A stretch of 64,000 nt of DNA from an uncultured delta proteobacterium (GTDB taxonomy: Bacteria; Desulfobacterota; Syntrophia; Syntrophales; UBA5619), in the NCBI GenBank assembly GCA_963817385.1, contig CAWFOM010000010.1, positions 32,001 through 96,000 on the forward strand, read 5' to 3'. A program made the translations under genes and the position numbers. This document shows positions 20,548 through 29,190 of this stretch, piece by piece. How positions within the stretch are numbered: position 1 is the first letter of the stretch; every line of letters starts with the position of its first letter. The notes under the pieces were generated by a model. The model worked only from the letters and a program-made list of their open reading frames with translations. It did no database searches and was not told the DNA's origin.

Positions 20548-20680
20548 CACGTCGATCTTTTTTTCGCGCATGGAACCACATTTCAAGTCAATGGGGAAGC
20601 GTTGTGAATAAGATGGATAACATAGCCTGAGTTTGCCAAATATCATCGGCACGCCAGTGAGCAACCGGGAGGACAGAATC

Positions 20681-22201
20681 ATGAATCTCAATTGGGATAC
20701 TTTCCAGATAGGAGACTGGTTTATCGGACTATTGTCGACGCTGGTCGCCTATGTCATATTCACCGTTCTCCAGCGTTTTTTGAACCGCTACTATTTTCTA
20801 AAGGTAATTGCTTTCCAACTTAACCTCCTGGTATTGATCTGCCTTGCGCTACTCTTCCTGACTTCTCAGTTAGCCGGACTACATCATTACGTTTTTTCCG
20901 CCATGCAAGCGACTGCAGTTTTCCTGTTCATTGTCATCTGCTTGCGCGCCATCGATATCTTCTTTTTTGATCAACTCAGGCGTTGGCGTCATCAGGCGCC
21001 GATGCCCTTTATTGTCAGGGATATAGGCCGTTGGGCACTGTCACTGGTCATATTGGTTTTCTTGATCCGCTATTTCTTTGCGGGTGTCAACCTCGATGTC
21101 CTGGCTGTGTCATCGATTGTTGCCGGTTATATTCTCGGTAATGCGACAAAGGACAGCCTCGGCAACCTTTTTTCAGGGCTTGAACTCAATACCGACAGCC
21201 CCTTCCACATAGGCGACTGGGTCACTATGGGCAACCACGAAGGGTGTGTTGTGGACACAACCTGGCGAGCAACCCGCTTAAAAACCAAGACCAATGACTC
21301 TATCATCATACCGAACGCCGTCATTGCTCGTGAGCCGATCATAAACTATTCCCGCCCGACACGGGATCATGGCTGCATAATCAAAGTGGGTGTCGACTAT
21401 GAAACCCCGCCGAATAAAGTACGCCAGACCATTATGCAAGTACTTGATGATATGCCGACTGTTCTCAAGCAACCACCACCATTCCTTATGTTAACGGACT
21501 ATGCGGATTTTTCTATCAACTTCACCCTCAGATTCTTTATCGCTGATTATGCCGAACTTGAACAGATAAAGAGTGATGTCATGTACCGGTTGTGGTACTC
21601 GTTCCAGCGGGCAGGCATCACAATCCCGTTCCCCATCCGGGACATACGCATCAAAGAGCGGGCAACGGGTGAAGAGACTCCAAGAGACAAGCAGATCAGG
21701 AAATTGCAGGACCTCCTGGGGAACATAGATCTCTTTAGATCACTATCGGACGATGATCTGAAGCGGCTGGCAGAGCAGGCAAAGATCCGCATATACGGAC
21801 GGTGCGAATGTCTCGTGCGCGAAGGCGAGCCAGGTGACTCATTCTTCCTGATTCGGGATGGCGTGGTCAAATTGACCGTAGCTCAGGCTGATGGCAGACA
21901 GACAGTACTGACCAGTATGACGTCGGGCCAGTTCTTCGGCGAGCGGTCGCTTTTGACCGGTATGAAGCGGTCGGCAACAGTGGCTGCGGAAACGGATGTA
22001 GAGGTTGCAGTCGTGGATAAACTGGTTTTTGCTCCGATTCTTCAGGCGAACACGAAACTGGCCGCAAGCTTGGCAGCCGTTCTCGAGCAAAGAGACGCCG
22101 ATCGGGCGACCCGTTGGCAAGAAGATTCCAAAGTGCCGGTAGTTCTCACGCCGCAGCTTGTCTGGCTGCAACGGATCACCCACTTCTTTAGCCTGGACTG
22201 A
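20681..22201 (+). CDS. MscS-family mechanosensitive channel with C-terminal cyclic-nucleotide-binding domain
   Basis: LGNLFSGL...PFHIGDWV, WRAT, IIPN, GITIPFP; cNMP motifs EGEPGDSFF, FFGERSLLTG, RSATV; GGAGG RBS. Confidence 0.88.
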   Translation: MNLNWDTFQIGDWFIGLLSTLVAYVIFTVLQRFLNRYYFLKVIAFQLNLLVLICLALLFLTSQLAGLHHYVFSAMQATAVFLFIVICLRAIDIFFFDQLRRWRHQAPMPFIVRDIGRWALSLVILVFLIRYFFAGVNLDVLAVSSIVAGYILGNATKDSLGNLFSGLELNTDSPFHIGDWVTMGNHEGCVVDTTWRATRLKTKTNDSIIIPNAVIAREPIINYSRPTRDHGCIIKVGVDYETPPNKVRQTIMQVLDDMPTVLKQPPPFLMLTDYADFSINFTLRFFIADYAELEQIKSDVMYRLWYSFQRAGITIPFPIRDIRIKERATGEETPRDKQIRKLQDLLGNIDLFRSLSDDDLKRLAEQAKIRIYGRCECLVREGEPGDSFFLIRDGVVKLTVAQADGRQTVLTSMTSGQFFGERSLLTGMKRSATVAAETDVEVAVVDKLVFAPILQANTKLAASLAAVLEQRDADRATRWQEDSKVPVVLTPQLVWLQRITHFFSLD

Positions 22202-22581
22202 AGATGATAAATTCCAAAGGAAAGCTGCTTCTCATGAAGCCTCTCCTGGGGACTTCACCCGGTCCCGAACTCCCCGGTAAACCGACCCCTAGATGTCTTT
22301 GATGATGCTCCGAGACGATACCGGAAACGTAAATTTTTATTTGCTAATTCAACGCGGCGGATGTATTTATCCTGACTCCGGCGATCGTACGGCAAGGCTG
22401 TCCGGAGCGCTTGCGATTGATCTTCACCCGTAAACGATCTTCAGCGACGGACTCCATTTCAGTAGGCGCCGGCCCGGCATGCTTCGGATGCTGAATGTTG
22501 GTCGGAACATTTTTCCATTTCAAATGTTTTTCGGTGTCGGGGTCCGCAAAGACCGTTCTCGGAGAGAAAAGGAAATTTGCG

Positions 22582-23865
22582 TTGAGGCCAGCAGGTTTTG
22601 ATACTTTTGAGCGACGCAAGGCGGATGGAGCTCTCCGGATCTGCCTGTTAACCTATCGTGGGAACCCCGCCTGCGGGGGGCAGGGGGTTTACATAAAATA
22701 CCTGAGTCAGGCCCTCAAGGGCCTCGGGCATGAGGTGGATGTCATCTCCGGACCTCCGTACCCCGTGCTTCCGGACGGAGTTGATCTCCACGAGTTGCCC
22801 GGCCTGGATCTGTACAACCCTGAACATCTCTTCAAAGTCAAGAAGCTCCGCGATCTTGTTTCACCGGTCAATCAATTCGAATTCATGAGCATGTGCGCGG
22901 GAGGCTTTCCCGAGCCGTTCACCTTCGGAATCAGGGCCGGCCGTCATCTGCGCAAACGGCAAAAAGAGTATGATGTCGTTCACGATAATCAGAGCCTCTC
23001 CTACGGGCTTCTCGGAATCGCCGGATCCGGCTATCCGACGGTGGCCACCATTCACCATCCGATCACGGTGGATCGGGATACGGAAATTGCGGCGGCGGGA
23101 AGCTGGCTCAAGAGACTGAAAGTGCGTCGATGGTATTCTTTTCTGCCGATGCAGAAGAGGGTTTCGCGGCGGCTCTCCCACATCATCACCGTCTCCGAAT
23201 GCTCGCGGCGGGATATCAGCCGGGAATTCGACATTCCCCCCCATCGGTTTCGCATCGTTCCGAACGGGATCAATACCGATTATTTTTATCCCCTGAAAGG
23301 TGTCAAAAGGGCAGACAATCAGCTTCTGGTGACCAGTAGCGCCGATACCCCGCTCAAGGGGCTCCGCTACCTCCTGGAGGCGGTCGCAGCCGTCCGGAAG
23401 AAACGGCCGATCAAGGTCATTGTCATCGGAAAACCAAAAAGCAACGGTGAGATTGACCGTCTCGTCCGGGGGCTCGATCTCGGCGACGCGGTCAGCTTTA
23501 CGGGCCGGATTGCCTATGAAGAGTTTGCACGGTATTATGCCGAGGCGACCATGGCGGTCATCCCCTCCCTCTATGAAGGATTCGGGATGCCTGCCGGCGA
23601 AGCCATGGCCTGCGGCGTTCCGGTCATCAGCACGTCGGGAGGCGCTCTCCCCGAGGTGGTCGGGGATGCCGGTGTCCTCGTGCCGCCTGCCGATGCGGGC
23701 GCGCTCCGGCAGGCCATTGTCGCCCTGCTTGATGATCCTGAGCGGCGGATGCGGTTGGGCGAGGCGGGGCTGGCAAGGGTGAAAAATTCGCTCACCTGGC
23801 GCCATGCAGCCGAGAAAACCGTTCACGTTTATCGGGAGGCGATCGATGCTCACGGTAGATTTTAA
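22582..23865 (+). CDS. GT4 glycosyltransferase, resembling actinobacterial methylmannose-polysaccharide mannosyltransferase ManT
   Basis: ICLLTYRGNPACGGQGVY, HDNQSL, TIHHPIT, PSLYEGFGMPAGEAMACG; GT4 is well supported, the ManT likeness is from memory; start approximate. Confidence 0.75.
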   Translation: MRPAGFDTFERRKADGALRICLLTYRGNPACGGQGVYIKYLSQALKGLGHEVDVISGPPYPVLPDGVDLHELPGLDLYNPEHLFKVKKLRDLVSPVNQFEFMSMCAGGFPEPFTFGIRAGRHLRKRQKEYDVVHDNQSLSYGLLGIAGSGYPTVATIHHPITVDRDTEIAAAGSWLKRLKVRRWYSFLPMQKRVSRRLSHIITVSECSRRDISREFDIPPHRFRIVPNGINTDYFYPLKGVKRADNQLLVTSSADTPLKGLRYLLEAVAAVRKKRPIKVIVIGKPKSNGEIDRLVRGLDLGDAVSFTGRIAYEEFARYYAEATMAVIPSLYEGFGMPAGEAMACGVPVISTSGGALPEVVGDAGVLVPPADAGALRQAIVALLDDPERRMRLGEAGLARVKNSLTWRHAAEKTVHVYREAIDAHGRF

Positions 23866-24553
23866 GGAGATTCCGTTGAAGTCCGGAATGCGCGTTCTGG
23901 ATGCAGGCTGCGGAAGCGGACGGCATCTCTGTGAGGCATTTCGAACCCCGGGCGTGGAGGTCGCGGGTGTGGATCTCAGCCGGGTTGATCTGCGCAAAGC
24001 AAAAGGCTTCCTCTCGCTTATGGCCCGTGAACAAGAAGGGCGGTGGAGCGTTGCATGCGCCGATGTAACGAATCTCCCCTTTGCTGACGGCAGGTTTGAT
24101 GTGGTCGTCTGCTCCGAGGTTCTGGAGCATGTTTTCGATAACCAGGCCGCCGTCGCCGAACTGGTGCGGGTCCTCAGGCCGGGCGGGGATCTGGTCGTCA
24201 CGGTTCCCCGCTTCCTTCCGGAACGCGTCTGCTGGGCGTTGTCTGAAGCCTATCACCGCGAGCCGGGCGGCCATATCCGGATCTATCGGAAAGAGGAATT
24301 GATGACGCTCCTGGAATCGGCGGGGACGCGCTGCCGGCGGATACGCTACCGGCACGGCCTTCATGCTCCCTATTGGTGGCTTCGGTGCCTTGTCGGACAC
24401 AAGAACGAGATCTCCCCGCTGGTAAGGGCATACCGGAGATTCCTCGAATGGGATATCATGCGGCATCCGCCCCTGACGGCCATGATGGATCGGATACTGA
24501 ACCCTTTGATCGGCAAAAGCATCATCTTCTATTTGAAAAAAGGATACCGCTGA
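23846..24553 (+). CDS. Class I SAM-dependent methyltransferase (candidate sugar O-methyltransferase)
   Basis: MLTVDF start after GGAGG, VLDAGCGSGRH, LPFADGRFD, SEVLEH, GGHIRIY; overlaps the GT4 stop. Confidence 0.85.
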   Translation: MLTVDFKEIPLKSGMRVLDAGCGSGRHLCEAFRTPGVEVAGVDLSRVDLRKAKGFLSLMAREQEGRWSVACADVTNLPFADGRFDVVVCSEVLEHVFDNQAAVAELVRVLRPGGDLVVTVPRFLPERVCWALSEAYHREPGGHIRIYRKEELMTLLESAGTRCRRIRYRHGLHAPYWWLRCLVGHKNEISPLVRAYRRFLEWDIMRHPPLTAMMDRILNPLIGKSIIFYLKKGYR

Positions 24554-25665
24554 TGGAACTCCATCTCTCCCCGAGCAGTGCAGCGTCGACGGTCGATGTC
24601 GCGGTCATGGCGGATTTCATCGCCTCTCTGCAGAAGGCAAACGGCGAAATCCCCTGGTCGAAGGGGGGGAAGACCGATCCCTGGGATCATGTGGAAAGCG
24701 CCATGGGGCTCAGTGTTGCCGGCTATCATCGGGAGGCGGAAAAAGCATATGGATGGATGGCGGCCACCCAGCTTCCCGACGGGGGCTGGTGGTCGGCGAC
24801 CCGAGATGGAGCAGTGGTGGATGCGACCAGGGACAGCAATGTTTCCTCCTACATCGCCGTCGGGATCTATCACCATTTCCTGATCACCGGCGATAGCGGC
24901 TTTCTCGGACGCTTCTGGCCGACCCTGGAAGGCGGTGTGGATTACGCCGTCGGACTGCAGGCGGATACCGGTGAGATCCATTGGGCAAGAAACAGCGCCG
25001 GGATTGTCGATCGCATGGCGCTTCTGACCGGTTCGAGCTCCGTCTATATGAGCCTCAAGTGCGCGATCGCCATCGCAGGCATCCTGGGAAAACGCCGTTC
25101 AGACTGGGAAGCTGCCCTGAAAAAGCTTGGTGAGGCAATCCATTTTCGTCCCAGCCTTTTCAATATGATTAAATCCCGCTATTCGATGGACTGGTACTAT
25201 CCCATCCTCTGCGGCGCTGTAACAGGCGAGGATGCCCGCAAGAGGATCGACCGGTCATGGGAAAAGTTTGTCGTGCCGGGCTGGGGGGTACGTTGCGTCT
25301 CGGACCAGCCATGGGCCACGACGGCGGAAGCCGCGGAACTGGTCCTGGCGTTGATGTCAATCGGGGAGGAGGAACGGGCGGCTATCGTCTTTAACTGGAT
25401 TTGCGACAAGAAATATGAAGACGGTTCCTACTGGATGGGAGTGACGTTTCCGGACGGCGTCATCTGGCCGGAAGAACGGACCTCCTGGACGGCCGCCGCC
25501 GTTCTTCTGGCCCATGACGCCCTGCACGATCTCACCCCCGCCAGCCGCATCTTCAACCACCGCTTCTGGAGCAAGCAGGGGATTATCCAGCCGATCGCGG
25601 AGCCCGGTTCCCCCGGTCTGTTTGATCATCATCCGGCATCCTCCTTCCGTACATCACGAGGTTGA
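24553..25665 (+). CDS. (alpha/alpha)-barrel protein usually annotated prenyltransferase/squalene-oxidase repeat; candidate MmpH-like glycoside hydrolase
   Basis: DPWDHVESAMGL, QLPDGGW, LLTGSSS, YSMDWYYP, GSYWMG, WPEERTSWTAAA; TGATG coupling with the methyltransferase. Confidence 0.65.
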   Translation: MELHLSPSSAASTVDVAVMADFIASLQKANGEIPWSKGGKTDPWDHVESAMGLSVAGYHREAEKAYGWMAATQLPDGGWWSATRDGAVVDATRDSNVSSYIAVGIYHHFLITGDSGFLGRFWPTLEGGVDYAVGLQADTGEIHWARNSAGIVDRMALLTGSSSVYMSLKCAIAIAGILGKRRSDWEAALKKLGEAIHFRPSLFNMIKSRYSMDWYYPILCGAVTGEDARKRIDRSWEKFVVPGWGVRCVSDQPWATTAEAAELVLALMSIGEEERAAIVFNWICDKKYEDGSYWMGVTFPDGVIWPEERTSWTAAAVLLAHDALHDLTPASRIFNHRFWSKQGIIQPIAEPGSPGLFDHHPASSFRTSRG

Positions 25666-25669
25666 ATCA

Positions 25670-26392
25670 TTGAGGAGAGATCATCGCCCCTACATTCTCA
25701 AACGCCTCGATCTGAATTTTCAGAAATGGTATGCGGAGCGCTTTCTCCGTCCGCAGTTCGACCGCCTGGGAGACGGGTGCACCTGCATGAAACCCTGGCA
25801 TGTCGAGATATTCGGCGGGCCGGTGTCTCTTGGTGACTTCGCTACCGTCATCGCCACTCCCGATCAAAAGGTCAGGCTGACCGTCTGGTCCGATCTGCGG
25901 GGGGAGGGGAGGATCGTCATCGGAAACTGCTGCCTCATCTGTCCGGGGGTGCGGATCAGCGCGGCTACCGAGATCGTCATCGGGGAGAGCTGCATGCTGG
26001 CGTACGGCGCTTTCGTGACCGATTCGGACTGGCACGGGGTGTACGACCGCAGCCAGCCTATCGGACAAACCTCTCCGGTTCGAATCGAAGACAATGTCTG
26101 GATCGGAGACAGCGCGATTGTCTGCAAGGGGGTCCGGATCGGCGCTAACAGTATCATCGGAGCCGGTTCCGTGGTAGTCAGGGATATTCCCGCCAATGCC
26201 GTTGCCGCGGGAAACCCGGCCACAGTTCTGAAATATCTTGAACCGGGCAGGCCCATAAAGACGCGCGCCGAATGGCTGGCCGACCCTGGGGCGTTGGCAG
26301 ATCAGTTCGATCAGATCGACCGTCATCTGATGAAGGACAACACCTGGTTCGGCTGGCTCAAGTCGCTCATCCGGCCCCGGAGAGGTGATTGA
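25670..26392 (+). CDS. Hexapeptide-repeat (left-handed beta-helix) O-acyltransferase
   Basis: IGNCCLICPGVRI, TDSDWH, IEDNVWIG, IGANSIIGAGSVV, AGNPA; TTG start with GAGG RBS. Confidence 0.85.
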   Translation: MRRDHRPYILKRLDLNFQKWYAERFLRPQFDRLGDGCTCMKPWHVEIFGGPVSLGDFATVIATPDQKVRLTVWSDLRGEGRIVIGNCCLICPGVRISAATEIVIGESCMLAYGAFVTDSDWHGVYDRSQPIGQTSPVRIEDNVWIGDSAIVCKGVRIGANSIIGAGSVVVRDIPANAVAAGNPATVLKYLEPGRPIKTRAEWLADPGALADQFDQIDRHLMKDNTWFGWLKSLIRPRRGD

Positions 26393-26420
26393 GGAGAGGA
26401 TTCGGCCGCCCACTATTTAT

Positions 26421-26571
26421 TATTACTTCGGCGACCAAACAGATAAAATGTCATGCCGGACTTGATCCGGCATCCAGTCTCTTACTGGTTCCCGGCTTTC
26501 GCCGGGACGACGTCTGGATTCCGGCTTTCGCCGGAATGACTACTTTGACATATATTGTTGCCGGTGTAATA
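26421..26571. mobile_element. MITE-like element with terminal inverted repeats, TA flanks and internal REP-like palindromes
   Basis: TATTACTTCGGCGAC ... GTTGCCGGTGTAATA; internal hairpins ATGCCGGA-cttga-TCCGGCAT, CCCGGC-tttc-GCCGGG and TTCCGGC-tttc-GCCGGAA. Confidence 0.7.
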
Positions 26572-26640
26572 ATCAGCCTGCCTGACGGCGTTTTCGACAC
26601 CTTCTCAGGCAGATCAAACAAAATTATGGGAAGCTAATCT

Positions 26641-28251
26641 GTGAGAGTCGCCATCATTGCACCGCCTTATCCGCTTGAAGAGGCCCCCGCTCCGCCACTG
26701 GGCGTAACATATGTGGCCGCTGCCTTCGAGTCGGCCGGGGCGGATGTCCGCATCTTCGATTATATTGTCGGTTGCTATACCCCGGAAAACCTCAAGGCTC
26801 AGCTTGATCGGTTCCGGCCGGACGTGGTCGGATCAACCTCCGTGACGCTCAATTTTCCGGGCGCCGCCGAGATCGTTGCCACGGCCAAACGACATAACCC
26901 ATCGCTCATCACCCTGATGGGAGGCCCCCATGTCTCCTTTGATGATCGCCGGACGCTCGATGCCTATCCGGGGATCGACCTCATCGTGCGGGGGGAGGGC
27001 GAAGAGACCATTGCGGAACTCATGTCCAAGGGAATGGACCCCGAGTCGTGGGGAGAGATCCGTGGCCTCACCTTTCGCCGTGAGGGGAGGATTGTCGCGA
27101 CGGATGCCAGGCCGTTCATTGAAGACCTGGATACCCTGCCGCTTCCGGCGCGCCATCTCCTCCCTCTTTCCCGCTATCAGGCCCTCGGGTATTCGATCAG
27201 CATCATCACCAGCCGCGGCTGCCCTTATTCCTGCATATTCTGTCTGGGACGCCGCATGGTGGGAAACCGGGTCCGTCAGCGCTCTGCACCGCTTGTCGTC
27301 GATGAGATCGAGCAGATTCTCTCCTACGGGATCGACCGGATCAATGTGGCCGACGATCTCTTTGTTTCCCATCGCGGAAAGGTGAGAGAGGTCTGCGAAG
27401 AGATCCTCCGGAGGGACCTTCGCTTTGCCTGGAGCGCGTTTGCCCGGGTGAATACCGTGGATCGCGAGACCCTGCTCCTCATGCGGAAGGCGGGGTGTGA
27501 CAGCGTCAGTTTCGGGGTTGAATCGGGAAACCCGGAAATGCTCAAGCGGATCGGGAAGGGAATCACCCGGGAGCAGGTGAAAGAGGCGGTTTCGCTCTGC
27601 AGGGAGACCGGGATCATCGCCCACACCTCTTTCATCGTCGGCCTGCCGGGTGAGACCTCCGAGACGCTCCGGGAGACGCAGGAATTTGCCGCCGGTCTCG
27701 GATCACTCTATGGATATCACTTTCTGGCCCCATTTCCGGGAACAACGGTCCGCGAAGAGGTGGAGAACTATGACCTGGAGATCCTGACCGACGACTGGAA
27801 GCGGTACGATGCCAACAGCGCCATTGTAAGAACATCTTCAGTATCGCCGGAGGACCTGGAACGGTTTGTTGGTAAATTCGAATCGGAGATTCAGGAGGTC
27901 TGGGAGTCGATGGTCCGTGCTTACCACGAAAAAACCGCACCGCCGGAGATTGCCCTCCAGGTAGAGGGCCATTTCCGAATGAAACTCATCTATCGCCTCC
28001 TCTCCGAGGACCTGATCGAAAAGAGCGGCGCCTTCATCCTCCCCGGAATCGCCGACGGGAGCGAAGAAGCGACGCTTCAGGAGCTCTGCCGGAGGATTGA
28101 AGCGGGCACTGGGGTTGACGGGGTGCTGGTCAAAAAGACGCTCCGAAGCCTTCTCGCTTCCGGATACCTCAAAGCGGAGAACACGGGGCAAATGGTGAGA
28201 TGGTACTGGACGCACAACCGCCATGTGGATCATCAGCTCACGGCATCGTAG
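26641..28251 (+). CDS. B12-binding-domain radical SAM protein
   Basis: PPLG, GGPH, GEGE cobalamin-binding region; TSRGCPYSCIFC; GVESG, GLPGET, PFPGT. Confidence 0.88.
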   Translation: MRVAIIAPPYPLEEAPAPPLGVTYVAAAFESAGADVRIFDYIVGCYTPENLKAQLDRFRPDVVGSTSVTLNFPGAAEIVATAKRHNPSLITLMGGPHVSFDDRRTLDAYPGIDLIVRGEGEETIAELMSKGMDPESWGEIRGLTFRREGRIVATDARPFIEDLDTLPLPARHLLPLSRYQALGYSISIITSRGCPYSCIFCLGRRMVGNRVRQRSAPLVVDEIEQILSYGIDRINVADDLFVSHRGKVREVCEEILRRDLRFAWSAFARVNTVDRETLLLMRKAGCDSVSFGVESGNPEMLKRIGKGITREQVKEAVSLCRETGIIAHTSFIVGLPGETSETLRETQEFAAGLGSLYGYHFLAPFPGTTVREEVENYDLEILTDDWKRYDANSAIVRTSSVSPEDLERFVGKFESEIQEVWESMVRAYHEKTAPPEIALQVEGHFRMKLIYRLLSEDLIEKSGAFILPGIADGSEEATLQELCRRIEAGTGVDGVLVKKTLRSLLASGYLKAENTGQMVRWYWTHNRHVDHQLTAS

Positions 28252-28598
28252 CCAGCAGTTCGATGGGTGTGCCCCGTTTAGCCACCGTCAGATTCACCGA
28301 GGTCGGATTCACGTAACAATCAGATGATGGATGATGTTCGTTTCAGAAAATTCTTGGCGCTAGCGCGCCCGTAGAGAAACCCACCTCCGCGTTCCACCGG
28401 AAGGCCATGTTAAAGATCAGATGGCCCCGCTCTTCCGGTCCGCGCTGCCGATAATACCGACTTCACGGCCATATTCATGGTCGGATATGGCTGCCAATGG
28501 AATTAACCGCTTTTACCATTCTTTTTCCATACTTTACCTACGAATGGCGATGAATATATATTTTTGTAATGATATCATATATATGAATAAAATTTCTC

Positions 28599-28627
28599 TT
28601 GACACTGGTTACAATATATCATATTAA
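28599..28627 (+). promoter_or_regulatory. Possible sigma70 promoter at the start of the T1SS locus
   Basis: TTGACA-17 nt-TATTAA within a very AT-rich tract (28520-28670). Confidence 0.4.
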
Positions 28628-28694
28628 CTATTCCCGATAGTAATAAATATCAAACAAAATTCGGTGACCGATGAAAATGTAGGAGGAAGGCAAC

Positions 28695-29054
28695 ATGGAT
28701 AAGAAAAATACGATGGCAAACGGGCAGCAGGAATTAAACTCAGCTCAACTTGTGCAGAACGATCTGCAGGCCAAGCCAAGAAAAGTGAGATTTGTCGAGG
28801 AAGGCGTGAAGACACAATACGCGAGCATCTTCAACCTCGGTTTCGGAGCGGAAGAGGTTTTATTCATCTTCGGCAATCCGTCGCTCGATCCGAATGTCGT
28901 GCGGATAGAATCGAAGGTCGCCGTTTCGCTAAAAACGGCCAAGCGGCTCGCCGTGATGTTGAGCAACGTGATCCGCCGGTATGAGGCGAAGAACGGGGCC
29001 ATCGACATATCCGCACCGAAGCCGGATCCCGACAAGACCCCGAAGCTCCAGTAA
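28695..29054 (+). CDS. DUF3467-like small protein
   Basis: YASIFN...EEVLFIFG...SLKTAKRLAVML...YEAKNGAI pattern; AGGAGG RBS. Confidence 0.7.
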   Translation: MDKKNTMANGQQELNSAQLVQNDLQAKPRKVRFVEEGVKTQYASIFNLGFGAEEVLFIFGNPSLDPNVVRIESKVAVSLKTAKRLAVMLSNVIRRYEAKNGAIDISAPKPDPDKTPKLQ

Positions 29055-29190
29055 GGGATTCCCCGGCGAAGCCGGGCTGTGTGGTAGTGCATCGGCATCG
29101 GGTGCGGCGAGTAAAAAGAAGCCGCTGCCGACCGGTTTGAGGAGAGGTTGATACCAGATCGCGTTCTGATTGGAGGCATGCATCACACCC

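Noticed and set aside
26389..26637. 82-aa ORF
   Set aside because: It is read through the palindromic MITE (CHAGLDPAS, WIPAFAGMT are typical repeat-derived peptides)
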